Source: Dehalococcoidia bacterium (GTDB taxonomy: Bacteria > Chloroflexota > Dehalococcoidia > Lucifugimonadales > UBA3495). From it: 64,000 nt of DNA. How positions within the stretch are numbered: the stretch's first letter is position 1; each line of letters begins with the position of its first letter. The stretch is from assembly GCA_965261885.1 (NCBI GenBank), contig CBDHDY010000039.1, forward strand, positions 10,802 to 74,801, in the 5' to 3' direction. This document shows positions 38,167-47,997 of the stretch, one piece after another. The notes beneath the pieces are model-generated. The model did no database searches. It was not told where the DNA came from and saw only the letters and a list, made by a program, of their open reading frames with translations. Position numbers and translations under genes: made by a program.

Positions 38167-40000
38167 ACCGGGTCAGCGCCGAATGTTCTTGGAAACGCTT
38201 CGTCCTCCAGCGGGTTACCTGTTCGATCGTGCAGTCGGCACCACGTTCACGCTCGACCTGATGTCGCTCCTGGCAGTCCCCCTCGCGTTCACCTTCCGTG
38301 ATGCACAGGACCGGGATGGCCGGTTGGCGTCCGACCCGCTCGCATTGCTTGAGAGCGCCCGCCAGTACGCCAGCCGCATCGTGGTGTTCTGTCACGGCGG
38401 TCACACGGCCGTGCCGCGAGCCGGCCAGCCCGCACTGGCTTTCCTGGAGCAGTCGGTGGTCGCGGCGTTCCCGTCCCGGCAGGGTGAGGGCGGGGCAGTC
38501 TTCCATCCCAAGGTGTGGGTCCTGCGCTACGTGGCACGGGATGGGCCTGTCAGATACCGGTTGGTCTGCCAGTCGCGAAATCTGACCTTCGACGTGTCAT
38601 GGGATTCATCGCTGGTGCTGGATGGCGAGCTGATTGAGGGTCGGGTCCGAGCGTACGCGGTCAATCACCCTCTGGCTGACTTCATCCGGACGCTGCCATT
38701 ACTGGCGGCCGATGCGATATCCGGCGCGCAGAAAGAGACCATTGATATCTTCGCCGACGAGTTGCGCCGGGTCCGCTTCGAGACGCCCGAGGGGCTCGCC
38801 CTGGGCAAGTTCCTGCCCTTCGGTACCAGTCGCAGGAATCTCCCGTTTCCGGACCTCGAACACCGCCCGCTGCTGGTGATCTCACCCTTTCTGGACGGGG
38901 AGTTCCTCCGGTCGATAGCGAGCCCACGTCCGTGGGCCGCGCTCGTCAGCAGGCGAGAGGCGCTGTTGACCGCGCCAGCCAACGCGGTCGGCGCATTCGA
39001 TGAGGTATATGCCTTCCGGCCCGGCCTGGAACCGGAGCCTGAAGATTCTGATGTGTCGCTCCCGCCGCTGGCCGGGCTTCACGCGAAGGTCTACGTGATC
39101 GATGACGGGTGGGATGCCCACGTGATTGTGGGATCGGCGAATTCCACCGGAGCGGCGCTCGCGAATCCTCCTCGCAACGTGGAGTTCATGGTCGAACTTG
39201 TTGGCAGGAAGAGCCGCTTCGGCATCGATGCGCTGCTGGCCCAGGGCACCGAGGGGGAGGAAGGAACGTTTCGCAGCTTGATCGAGCCGTTTGACCCGGC
39301 CGAAGCGGGAACGGTCAAGGAGGATGAGGACGCGCTTCATCTGGACCGCCTGCTCGATGCCGCCGCCGAGGCCCTTGCCAGGGTCGATCTCAGGGCAAGC
39401 GTGGCGCTCTCGGACGGTGGCCGGTACATCCTGAGGCTGGAACTCAGCGAGCCTCTCAATCTGCCGTCGCCGATCAAGGCCGTGACTTGCTGGCCGACAA
39501 CGCTCCCGGATGACTATCAACACCCGCTGAAGGACGGTGTGGAGTTCGCCGGCTTGTCGCTGACTGAACTGTCGGCGTTTCTCGCCATAGAGATCCAGGC
39601 CTCGATACCTGGCAGGTCGGCGCGTAAACGATTCGCGCGCACTATCCGGATCGCCGGCCTCCCTGAGGACCGGCTGCAGCGGCTACTCGCGGGCATGCTG
39701 AGGGATCGGACGCGGCTGATGCAACTGCTCTGGCTGCTCCTGTCGCCGGACGCGGACCTGTCTTTCGGTGAATTCAGCGAGCTGTTGGTAAACGAGGGCG
39801 CCAGCGCCGAGTGGGGTGTCGCGCTTCCCGGCCTGCTGGAGCGGATGCTCGAGACACTGGGGAGTGACCCGGGCCGGCTTGACGCCGTGGCTTCGCTGCT
39901 CGACGACCTGCGGAAGACCGAGGCTGGCGCGAAACTCGTTGGAGCCGAATTCGACGCGATTTGGGGCGCACTCTGGACCGTGCGAAGCCGTCGGCCGTGA
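38159..40000 (+). CDS. Phospholipase D-family nuclease-like protein
   Basis: Two HxK motifs (FHPKVWV, LHAKVYV) followed by GSANST. The ATG overlaps the upstream gene's 3' end. Confidence 0.85.
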   Translation: MLEPGQRRMFLETLRPPAGYLFDRAVGTTFTLDLMSLLAVPLAFTFRDAQDRDGRLASDPLALLESARQYASRIVVFCHGGHTAVPRAGQPALAFLEQSVVAAFPSRQGEGGAVFHPKVWVLRYVARDGPVRYRLVCQSRNLTFDVSWDSSLVLDGELIEGRVRAYAVNHPLADFIRTLPLLAADAISGAQKETIDIFADELRRVRFETPEGLALGKFLPFGTSRRNLPFPDLEHRPLLVISPFLDGEFLRSIASPRPWAALVSRREALLTAPANAVGAFDEVYAFRPGLEPEPEDSDVSLPPLAGLHAKVYVIDDGWDAHVIVGSANSTGAALANPPRNVEFMVELVGRKSRFGIDALLAQGTEGEEGTFRSLIEPFDPAEAGTVKEDEDALHLDRLLDAAAEALARVDLRASVALSDGGRYILRLELSEPLNLPSPIKAVTCWPTTLPDDYQHPLKDGVEFAGLSLTELSAFLAIEIQASIPGRSARKRFARTIRIAGLPEDRLQRLLAGMLRDRTRLMQLLWLLLSPDADLSFGEFSELLVNEGASAEWGVALPGLLERMLETLGSDPGRLDAVASLLDDLRKTEAGAKLVGAEFDAIWGALWTVRSRRP

Positions 40001-43000
40001 AGGCGGCGGAGTCCGTGCTCGGGGGACTGAAACGCTTCCAGCGACAGACTGCGGAGTATGCCTTCCACAGGCTGTTCAAGTGTGCCGACAGCTCACGGCG
40101 TTTCCTGATCGCAGACGAGGTCGGACTGGGAAAGACTCTGGTCGCCGCCGGGGTCATCGCGCTGGCGATCGATCACCTGAGCGCCCTGAACACGCCGCGC
40201 GTCGACATCATCTACATCTGTTCGAATCAGGCGATCGCGCGCCAGAACATCGAGCGGATCAAACACCGTCTCTCCATCGATACTGAGGCACTCGCCGAAC
40301 GGATCACGCTGCTTCCGTACCGCCTCCGGACTCTGGACCAGCCGGTGAATCTGATTGCCCTCACACCGGGCACCTCCTTTGGTTCCGCCCAAGCGGAGGG
40401 GGTAGTCGAGGAACGTGTCATCCTCTTTCGTATGCTCACGCGGGCTTGGGGCAGCCTCGGTCCCGACGCTCGCCAGGTCTTCCGTGGCAACCTGAGGTCC
40501 GTCGCTCGTTTCCGGGAGTACGAGTCGGGGATTCCGGATTACCCGATTGACCAGGGTATCGTGAAGCGATTCCGCGACGCGGTGGGCGGTCCTGGCTGGC
40601 CACTGCACCGCGAATTCATACGCGTGCGTGATCTTATCGCGACTCGCCGTGACCAGGAATCGATGGAGCAGCGTCGCAGATTCATCGCGAAGCTTCGGCG
40701 GCTCCTGGCACACGCCTGTCTCGATGCACTGGAGCCGGACCTGGTCATCCTCGACGAGTTTCAACGTTTCCGGGACCTCATGGACGAGGGGACCACGAGC
40801 GGAGAATTGGCGCGTCGCCTGTTCGAGTACGAAGACAGGCACACCCAGGTCCGCACCATGCTCCTGTCGGCAACACCCTACAAGATGTATACGCTCAGTC
40901 ACGAGGCGGATGACGACCATTACCGTGACTTCCTGAAGACGATTGACTTCCTGGAGGGGCCCGGAGGATCCGTCGAACCCCTGGAAGAGTCGCTGCGACA
41001 GTTCAGAGCGGAACTTCCGCTGGCTGCGCAGGGTGGCGAGGCTGGCCCTGAGGCGACCTGCCGGCTGTCGGAGCACCGCATCCGGATTCAGTCCTCGCTG
41101 CTGCGGGTGATGTCGCGAACCGAGCGCCATGGCCGGGTGGCTGGTGGCGACCCGATGCTGGCCGCCACGGAGATGGCTGTAGACCTGCAGGTCGATGACG
41201 TGGAAGCCTATCTTGAGGCTCGCGAAATCGCAGCGGCAGTCGAGGCCCCCGGCGTCATGGAGTACTGGAAATCTACGCCCTACCTGCTGTCGTTCATGGA
41301 CCGGTACCAGCTTTCAGAGCGTGTCCTGGCCACTGTTCAAAAGGAGCCTGATGGGGCGGTCGCCCAGCTGATCCGGCGCAGTTCCGGCCTTCAGTTACCC
41401 CGCCAGGTTGCGGCACAGAGAGATCCAGTTGACGGCGGGAATGGCCGGATGCGCGCTTTCCTGGGCGACATCGCTGAAAGTCATCTGCACCGAGTGCTCT
41501 GGCTGCCACCATCGCTGCCGGCACATACCCTCGGGCATGACTTCGAGCGGGCCCGGACCGCCACGAAACGCCTGGTCTTCTCTTCATGGGCGATGGTGCC
41601 AAGGGCCATCGCCGTCATGGCGAGCTACGACGCAGAGCGCCATTGCATTCCTGAGCCGATGCGAGCTGCCCGGTACGAAGCGCAACTTCTGAACATGACT
41701 GGCACGGCCTACTCGCTCTTCGCGCTCTTGGTTCCTTCCGCGACACTCGCCGACGCCGGTGACCCACTTCGATATCCGAGAGGGGACGCGACCGAATTAT
41801 TGCGTGCGATCGAGGAACGGCTGCGTCCCCAGGTCGCTGAGCTGACCCGCAACTCGCCGACGGCAGGGCCGCCACAGGAGATCTGGTACGCCGCCGCCCC
41901 CCTTCTGCTCGACCGGCAGACACCCGGAACAATGCGGTGGCTGCAAGGCCCCGCGAGGGGTGCGTCCACCAGCGGCGGCACGGATGATCCGGAGCCTACG
42001 GCTTGGCATAGTCTGGCGGCACGTGTCACAGAAGGGATCGCCGACCCCGCCAGGATGGGGCGGCCGCCCCGCGACCTCGTCGAAGTGATGGCGGAACTCG
42101 CTGCGGGTTCCCCGGCTAATGCGACGCTGCGGGCTCTTTCTCGCATCTCATCGACGTCCACTGCGGGCAGTGAATTGAAGACAGAGGCAATGAGGGCTGG
42201 CTGGGCCTTCCGGTCCCTCTTTCGCACTCCTACATCCGAGGGCCTCTTGCGGAACGCTTACCAGCCCGCCGTACCTGGCGGCCAAGGGGAGTACTGGCGG
42301 CGAGTGCTGGCCTACGCCCTAGAGGGAGGGCTCTCCGCCGTGCTCGACGAGTTCTTCCACGTCATCCGCGAATCCCTTGGCGCTGAGACGGGCGCCAGCG
42401 CTCTCGTGGATACCCTCTGCCAGGCCCTCCGGCTGGCAGCCGTGAGTCTGGATGTTTCTGCATGGGAGAGCGGCACGACCGGGGTCCGACGTGAGACGTT
42501 CCCCATGCGTCAGCACTTCGCACGCCGGTACGCTAACGACGGTCTCAGCGGCTCTGACCAGCAGGCGAGTGAGCATCTGGACGTAGTTCGTGCCGCGTTC
42601 AATTCGCCCTTCTGGCCGTTCGTGCTTAGCACTACCTCCGTCGGGCAAGAGGGCCTCGACTTTCACTGGTATTGCCATGCGGTCGTTCACTGGAACCTCC
42701 CCCCGAACCCCGTTGACCTGGAACAACGTGAAGGACGGGTGCACCGCTATCACGGCCACGCCATCCGGAAGAACATCGCGCAGGCGGTGGGTTCCACGGC
42801 ACTGGATAAGGCTCGGGCGGCCACCGCGGGTGGCGAATTCCTCAACCCGTGGGATGCGGCCTACCAACTCGCCGACGATGAGTTTGCCGGCGATGGCGGA
42901 CTCATCCCGCACTGGGTGTTCCCAGAGGATGACGCCCGCATTCAGCGCTACTCGCCGGTTCTGCCGCTGTCGCGGGACGCAGACCGGATGGCCGCGCTCC

Positions 43001-43143
43001 GGCGGTCGCTGGCCGTGTACCGCATGGTCTTCGGACAACCCCGGCAGGATGATTTGCTCGAGTTCATCCTGCGCGAGATCCCCGACGATCATCGGGACGG
43101 CCTTGCGGCAGCATTGACGATCGACCTCAGCCCACCGGTGTGA
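39997..43143 (+). CDS. SF2 (SNF2-like) helicase
   Basis: LIADEVGLGKT, ILDEFQ, LLSATP, SVGQEGLDFH, EQREGRVHRY. GTGA overlap with the PLD stop. Confidence 0.9.
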   Translation: MKAAESVLGGLKRFQRQTAEYAFHRLFKCADSSRRFLIADEVGLGKTLVAAGVIALAIDHLSALNTPRVDIIYICSNQAIARQNIERIKHRLSIDTEALAERITLLPYRLRTLDQPVNLIALTPGTSFGSAQAEGVVEERVILFRMLTRAWGSLGPDARQVFRGNLRSVARFREYESGIPDYPIDQGIVKRFRDAVGGPGWPLHREFIRVRDLIATRRDQESMEQRRRFIAKLRRLLAHACLDALEPDLVILDEFQRFRDLMDEGTTSGELARRLFEYEDRHTQVRTMLLSATPYKMYTLSHEADDDHYRDFLKTIDFLEGPGGSVEPLEESLRQFRAELPLAAQGGEAGPEATCRLSEHRIRIQSSLLRVMSRTERHGRVAGGDPMLAATEMAVDLQVDDVEAYLEAREIAAAVEAPGVMEYWKSTPYLLSFMDRYQLSERVLATVQKEPDGAVAQLIRRSSGLQLPRQVAAQRDPVDGGNGRMRAFLGDIAESHLHRVLWLPPSLPAHTLGHDFERARTATKRLVFSSWAMVPRAIAVMASYDAERHCIPEPMRAARYEAQLLNMTGTAYSLFALLVPSATLADAGDPLRYPRGDATELLRAIEERLRPQVAELTRNSPTAGPPQEIWYAAAPLLLDRQTPGTMRWLQGPARGASTSGGTDDPEPTAWHSLAARVTEGIADPARMGRPPRDLVEVMAELAAGSPANATLRALSRISSTSTAGSELKTEAMRAGWAFRSLFRTPTSEGLLRNAYQPAVPGGQGEYWRRVLAYALEGGLSAVLDEFFHVIRESLGAETGASALVDTLCQALRLAAVSLDVSAWESGTTGVRRETFPMRQHFARRYANDGLSGSDQQASEHLDVVRAAFNSPFWPFVLSTTSVGQEGLDFHWYCHAVVHWNLPPNPVDLEQREGRVHRYHGHAIRKNIAQAVGSTALDKARAATAGGEFLNPWDAAYQLADDEFAGDGGLIPHWVFPEDDARIQRYSPVLPLSRDADRMAALRRSLAVYRMVFGQPRQDDLLEFILREIPDDHRDGLAAALTIDLSPPV

Positions 43144-43597
43144 GCATACTTGGGAAAGCCTGGGGTGCCCCTATCTGGGTGAGGGGGAGTGAGAGGCTGG
43201 TTAGGGTGTATCCGAAAAGGGCCATAGCTGGATGATCCCATTTTGAACCCCTTTCCGCTTTGGGGCGAACTTGCCGAGAAAGCCCCGCCCCCTATCGGTC
43301 GGTTTTGACTCTCTGATGACCCCTTGCGGAGGAGTCATCGCCCACAATGCCCATCGTGTGGACTGCGGCCCTATGCGTTTCGCATCACGTCCAAAGTCGG
43401 GGGAGAGATCTCAAAAAAGTCGAACTCGTAGACTCGTTGTCGATCCCTGTAGATAAACTCCCGTGGGCCTGGATGCCCGTCTCCAACCTCTCCTGATATC
43501 ACCGAAACGGCCAACACAGTCAGAGGCGGTAACCTGTTCTTCTCACAGTAGCGGTGGAATTCGATTCAAATATACGGTCATGCCGATTTCAGCAACC

Positions 43598-43747
43598 TGA
43601 ACTAAAGCCAAGGTGGGATGTACATTTAAGTGGCGATGATGATCAGCCGGGTTGCGCGGGTTAATTCCTCTCATCCGTACCTGGAGAATGACCCGTCCTC
43701 GTCGCTTGTCTACCACCGTCTGCGCATTTCACCTTGGCTTCGGTTTA
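43598..43747. mobile_element. MITE family B copy 3 (150 bp)
   Basis: TGAACTAAAGCCAAGGTGGGATGTACAT ... TGCGCATTTCACCTTGGCTTCGGTTTA. The right end is identical to the IS630-B end at ~4100-4125. Confidence 0.8.
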
Positions 43748-43841
43748 GTACTACAGTCGCACTACTATGCATCTGGCCCTGTAAGTAGTTAACCAAAGGT
43801 AGGGTATACTATTTTTATGCGAAAATAAGAAGGTCGAAGCT

Positions 43842-45053
43842 TTGACTACTCTCGAAAATGAGGACTTGATGCGGCTGTTGGGTCAAATAGAATCCGATCG
43901 TGTCGAGTTCAAGGAAGTTCTGAGCAGAAGCACTAGCGACGACATTCGGGAAGCAATTTGCGCCTTCGCCAACGACCTGCCTGACCACCGCCAGCCGGGT
44001 GTCGCTTTCGTGGGCGTGCGGGACGATGGTTCCGTCGCAGGCCTGCCGGTCACAGACCATTTGCTCCTGCAATTAGCGGACATGAAAACTGACGGCAACA
44101 TCGTTCCTCTACCGTCCATGACGGTGGAAAAACGAATTCTACCTGATGGAGATGTCGCGGTTGTCATCGTGCAGCCGTCCGATTCCCCGCCTGTCCGCTG
44201 CCGTGGAAGAATACATATCCGAATAGGCCCCCGCCGGGGGATTGCGACGGCGCAGGACGAGCGCATCCTAAACGAAAAGCGCCGCTTCGGGGACATACCG
44301 TTCGATATAAATCCGGTTCCTTCAGCCACGCTGCCCGACTTGGACCTTCTTCAGTTCGAGCGTGAGTATTTGGCACAGGCTTTCGCTCCTGACATTCTGG
44401 AATCCAACGACCGCAGCATCGAGGAGAAACTGGCAGCTACGAAAATGGTTGCATCGATGGACGATACTATCCCCACAATTCTGGGCTTGCTTGTAATTGG
44501 CAAAAACCCTCAGGATTTCCTGCCTGGCGCATACGTCCAATTTCTCCGACTGGCTGGCACGGAAGTTACGGACCCCGTATTGGACGAAGAGGCAATCAGT
44601 GGAACCATTACAGATATTCTTCGGCGTCTTGACGAAAAACTGAACAGCCATAACCGCACTGCTGTTGACGTTTTGTCAGAATCCGTGGAGCGGCAAGAGA
44701 GTACTTACCCCATGACCGCTATACAGCAGATTGCCCGGAATGCTGTCATGCACCGCTCTTATGGGGGTAACAACGCACCTGTACGAGTCTATTGGTACGA
44801 TGATCGAATCGAGATAATGAGTCCCGGGGGTGTGTTCGGAACCGTTACTGCTGATAACTTTGGTCAGCCTGGCGTAACGGCGTACCGCAACCCTAACCTT
44901 GCCGAGTCGATGAGGAATCTGGGATTTGTGCAACGGTACGGTATTGGCATCTCCTTGGCCAAACGGCTGCTACAAGAAGCGGGACACCCTGATATTGCAT
45001 TCAATGCCGATACGAACAATGTTCTCGTTACGATAAGAGCCATTTCGAGCTAG
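43842..45053 (+). CDS. AlbA_2 (Schlafen-like) + HATPase_c_4-like ATP-binding protein
   Basis: ESDRVEFKE...ICAFANDL...FVGVRDDG; QQIARNAVMHRSY, IEIMSPGG, YRNPNLAE, VQRYGIGI. Confidence 0.88.
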   Translation: MTTLENEDLMRLLGQIESDRVEFKEVLSRSTSDDIREAICAFANDLPDHRQPGVAFVGVRDDGSVAGLPVTDHLLLQLADMKTDGNIVPLPSMTVEKRILPDGDVAVVIVQPSDSPPVRCRGRIHIRIGPRRGIATAQDERILNEKRRFGDIPFDINPVPSATLPDLDLLQFEREYLAQAFAPDILESNDRSIEEKLAATKMVASMDDTIPTILGLLVIGKNPQDFLPGAYVQFLRLAGTEVTDPVLDEEAISGTITDILRRLDEKLNSHNRTAVDVLSESVERQESTYPMTAIQQIARNAVMHRSYGGNNAPVRVYWYDDRIEIMSPGGVFGTVTADNFGQPGVTAYRNPNLAESMRNLGFVQRYGIGISLAKRLLQEAGHPDIAFNADTNNVLVTIRAISS

Positions 45054-45067
45054 GAGGACACACTGCG

Positions 45068-46084
45068 ATGACCGTACCAGTCCTCACCTTCTTCAACAAC
45101 AAGGGCGGCGTGGGCAAGACCTCCCTCATATACCACCTTGCTTGGATGCTGTCCGAAACCGGCCACCGGGTGCTGGCCTGCGATCTCGACCCGCAGGCCA
45201 ACCTCTCTGCCGCGTTCCTAGATGAACAACGGCTGGAGGTCATTTGGGATAATGGGATAGCCCGGAACAGAGAGAGCGTCGCGAACACTATTGCACAATG
45301 TGTCGAGCCGCTGATGCAGGTCGGCGACTTACACTCCCCAGCGCTTGAGGAAATAACACCGGACCTGCATCTGATTGCCGGTGACCTTGCTCTCTCCGGG
45401 TTTGAAGATACTTTGTCCGCCGAATGGCCGAACGCGCTGGGTTCCACTAACCTATACCGCCCCTTCAGGATACTGACCGCTTTTTCGACGATCATGCAGG
45501 ACGGTGCCAAGCAAATGGACGCATCCGTAATTCTCGCCGATGTTGGTCCAAATCTTGGCGCAATTAACCGCTCCGCCCTCATCGCCACCGATTGTGTCAT
45601 AGTTCCTCTCGGAGCCGACCTGTTTTCGCTCCAAGGCTTGCGCAATCTGGGACCCACTCTACAGAACTGGCGGACGGAATGGGAAAAGCGGATCAATAAC
45701 TGGGAACAGCCACAATTTCCCCTTCCCAGAGGGAGAATGACACCTATAGGCTATGTGGTTCAGCAGCACAGCGTCCGCCTGGACCGGCCCGTACAGGCCT
45801 ATGACAAGTGGGTCAACCGTATGCCTGAAGAATATGCGAGAAATCTGCTGGGTAAAGAACAAGACTCCTATCCCCTTTCTCCGCCTGAGGATACGAACCG
45901 GCTCGCCACCATCAAGCATTACAGGAGCCTGGTTCCGATGGGGCAAGAGGCCCGCAAGCCCATCTTCAAGCTGACGCCCGCGGACGGAGCCCGTGGCAGC
46001 CATGCCGCTGCTGCTGCCGTTGCGTACAGCGATTTCAAGGACTTGGCAGAGCAAATTCTGGCGCGAATAGACTGCCTCGAGTAA
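45068..46084 (+). CDS. Orphan ParA/MinD-family ATPase
   Basis: NNKGGVGKT deviant Walker A, DLDPQANLS, DVGPNLG. No parB nearby. Confidence 0.9.
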   Translation: MTVPVLTFFNNKGGVGKTSLIYHLAWMLSETGHRVLACDLDPQANLSAAFLDEQRLEVIWDNGIARNRESVANTIAQCVEPLMQVGDLHSPALEEITPDLHLIAGDLALSGFEDTLSAEWPNALGSTNLYRPFRILTAFSTIMQDGAKQMDASVILADVGPNLGAINRSALIATDCVIVPLGADLFSLQGLRNLGPTLQNWRTEWEKRINNWEQPQFPLPRGRMTPIGYVVQQHSVRLDRPVQAYDKWVNRMPEEYARNLLGKEQDSYPLSPPEDTNRLATIKHYRSLVPMGQEARKPIFKLTPADGARGSHAAAAAVAYSDFKDLAEQILARIDCLE

Positions 46085-46294
46085 GATCGCCATTCCAAAG
46101 TAACGAGTAGTGGCTCGTAACACAGAAAACACACATGATCCAACTGAGGCCGTCGATATCGAAACGCAGGAATCAATAGTCCGGCTAGCTCAAGGTAGGC
46201 ATAGTGAAGCCAAGGTACAAGGAGCCTGGCTTCAAGTCTCTTCGCAGTCTTGTCCACTCGCCTGGCCGACGCGCTACTCCTTCAGGAGGCGGAA

Positions 46295-46600
46295 ATGACA
46301 GCAGTCGCCGGTCGCGAAGTCATCTGTGCTGTTCAGGTGGTCATCAGTGTCGATACTCACCAGGACGAGCACTTGGCCGTTGCCATTGACCAGCAGGGCG
46401 TGCGTCTCGCCCAGCGCTCCGCCCCCAGCAACCAGCTACGGGTATGGGCAGCTCGAACGGTGGTCCCGAAAGCTGGGTGAGGTTCGAGCCTTCGGGGTCG
46501 AGGGCATCGGTTCCTACGGCGCCGGACTTGCCCGGTTCCTGAGCGGTCGCGGCTTTACCGTAGTCGAGGTTAACCGGCCTGACCGGTCAACCTCGATAGC
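46295..46600 (+). pseudogene. IS110 transposase 5' remnant
   Basis: VDTHQDEHLAVAID ... FGVEGIGSYGAGLARFL..GFTVVEVNRPDR (DEDD N-domain). Frameshifted and truncated. Confidence 0.8.
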
Positions 46601-46791
46601 GAAGGCACCACGTCTGGGCTGTTCGCCGTCCATCCTAGTGGATGGAAGACCTGACCGGATTGGGATCGCGAGGATTCGGGGGCCGTCACCGGAGCGTTTG
46701 GCCGTTCGCCGGCAGGGTCTTGGAGGCGTAACTGAGTCAGGCTGCCAACTGGCCATGCTCCGTGCAGAGGCTGCAATTTTCACCCGACTCT

Positions 46792-47280
46792 CTACCTGTC
46801 CACCTGTTGGATGGTCCAGCGACTGACCTGCAGGCGCTTGGCCAGTTCCCGCTGGCTCACCCCCCTCGATCGCTCCACCCTGATGTACTCTCGTTTCCGC
46901 TCGCTTAAGCTGGGCCGTCGGCCAGGGAAACGGCCCTCGGCCCGCGCCCTCGCTTGGCCCGCGACCAAGCGATCCCTGATCGAGTTCCGCCACCACTCGC
47001 TGAAGGCGAGCACCATCGAGAGCTGGAGCCGGCTGTTGGCCATGGACGTGTCAAAGTCTTCCGACAGGGACGGGAACTCCACTCCCACCCTGTGCAAGAC
47101 CCTCGATCACCTGCAGCCCGCAGGTAAGCCCTGTGCGCGACGGCGCCACAGTGGGCCGTGTGGGCGAAAGATCGCTGGCAGTGGGCGGTTGATTCCTGCC
47201 AAGCCTGCCCCAGAGGTGACACCTGAGCAGGGCGGTCTTCGTACTAGCTTCTGGTCAGCTATGGCGCGGTCCATGTAGAT
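46792..47280 (-). pseudogene. Serine resolvase/invertase pseudogene
   Basis: GVEFPSLSEDFDTSMANSRLQLSMVLAFSE...IRDRLVAGQARARAEGRFPGRRP plus C-terminal HTH. The 5' part is degenerate. Confidence 0.8.
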
Positions 47281-47299
47281 CAGTCGCCCGGCTGGGGTG

Positions 47300-47325
47300 G
47301 TGTCACAAACGCGCGTTTGTGACAC
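47300..47325. promoter_or_regulatory. Perfect 26-bp palindrome, candidate res/resolvase binding site
   Basis: GTGTCACAAACGC-GCGTTTGTGACAC, immediately upstream of the resolvase pseudogene. Confidence 0.55.
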
Positions 47326-47416
47326 TGGGCAACAAGCCACTCCCTTCCCACCTTCAGCTTGTCCAGTGGTGGGTCACAAAGGCAGAGTGCCATCCGCACC
47401 ATTTGAAGGGGACAGG

Positions 47417-47474
47417 TGTTTAACGTCAACTATTTTTGCCGGTTGGCGACGACTATTCTTGCCGGTTCACCTCC
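47417..47474. mobile_element. Isolated IS21 terminal fragment
   Basis: TGTTTAACGTCAACTATTTTTGCCGGTTGGCGACGACTATTCTTGCCGGTTCACCTCC is nearly identical to 50016-50073. Confidence 0.85.
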
Positions 47475-47575
47475 TGGTCCTTGCCCACTGGCGAAAGCAA
47501 CAGTCTGAAGCGGCCAGATTGGACGCCGCCATTGAGGGGAACCAGTCAAGACCGGGTTGCTGGCCAATCCAGTAA
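47475..47575 (+). pseudogene. Possible 3' tail of a type I R-M hsdM gene
   Basis: LAHWRKQQSEAARLDAAIEGN resembles the HsdM C-terminal helix (L.AQL.EQQAE.A.LDAAI..NL). Confidence 0.45.
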
Positions 47576-47639
47576 CCCATCAGCCAACCCTCGCCATGTC
47601 CCCAGCCAAGGATCGATTCCCTGAGAATTCTCGTGGCGC

Positions 47640-47678
47640 TTGCTAAATAATAGGGAGCAATGTAATATTAGCATTGCT
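47640..47678 (+). promoter_or_regulatory. Candidate sigma70 promoter and operator of the higBA operon
   Basis: TTGCTA-17 bp-TAATAT, overlapped by the inverted repeat AGCAATG-N9-CATTGCT. Confidence 0.5.
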
Positions 47679-47701
47679 GGGAGGCATGGAGTTATTGACC
47701 A

Positions 47702-47995
47702 TTGCGGATCATTTCCCGAAAAACATTACGTGAATACTGGGAGCGACATCCAGAGTCGGAACATCCGCTGTTGGCTTGGTACCAGGAGGTACGGCAAGCG
47801 GACTGGCCTACTCCGGCCAGCGTAATGGATCGATTCCCCAATGCCAGCATTTTAGGCGATGACAGGGTCGTGTTCAGAATTCGAGGCGGGAACTACAGGA
47901 TCGTTGCGAGAATATTTTACCCAGCGAGGTATGTTTATATACGATTTGTCGGGACTCATCGGGAATACGAAAGAATAAACGCAGAGGAGGTGTAA
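47702..47995 (+). CDS. higB: HigB family toxin
   Basis: MRIISRKTLREYWERHP...AWY.EV..ADW...S....RVVFRIRGGNYRIV...VYIRFVGTHREYERI. Confidence 0.92.
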   Translation: MRIISRKTLREYWERHPESEHPLLAWYQEVRQADWPTPASVMDRFPNASILGDDRVVFRIRGGNYRIVARIFYPARYVYIRFVGTHREYERINAEEV

Positions 47996-47997
47996 CA

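Noticed and set aside
25950-43143. DISARM or BREX assignment (MTase, PLD and helicases nearby)
   Set aside because: No DUF1998/DrmB, PglZ, BrxC or BrxL genes were recognised. The MTase pairs with a type III Res.
183-43747. Idea that MITE-B interiors are captured foreign spacers (memory-like cassette)
   Set aside because: Copies 1 and 3 align loosely across their interiors, which fits divergence from one ancestor better than independent capture.
45068-46084. Chromosome or plasmid partition locus
   Set aside because: No parB, parS or rep gene nearby.
46100-46294. Possible IS110 bridge-RNA region upstream of the IS110 remnant
   Set aside because: Position and a small hairpin are compatible, but the recombinase is truncated and I cannot support the RNA fold by eye.
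21411-47280. The two resolvase relics as halves of one gene split by inversion of the island
   Set aside because: The right-hand relic has its own degenerate N-terminal region, so the two overlap in coverage and look like separate genes.
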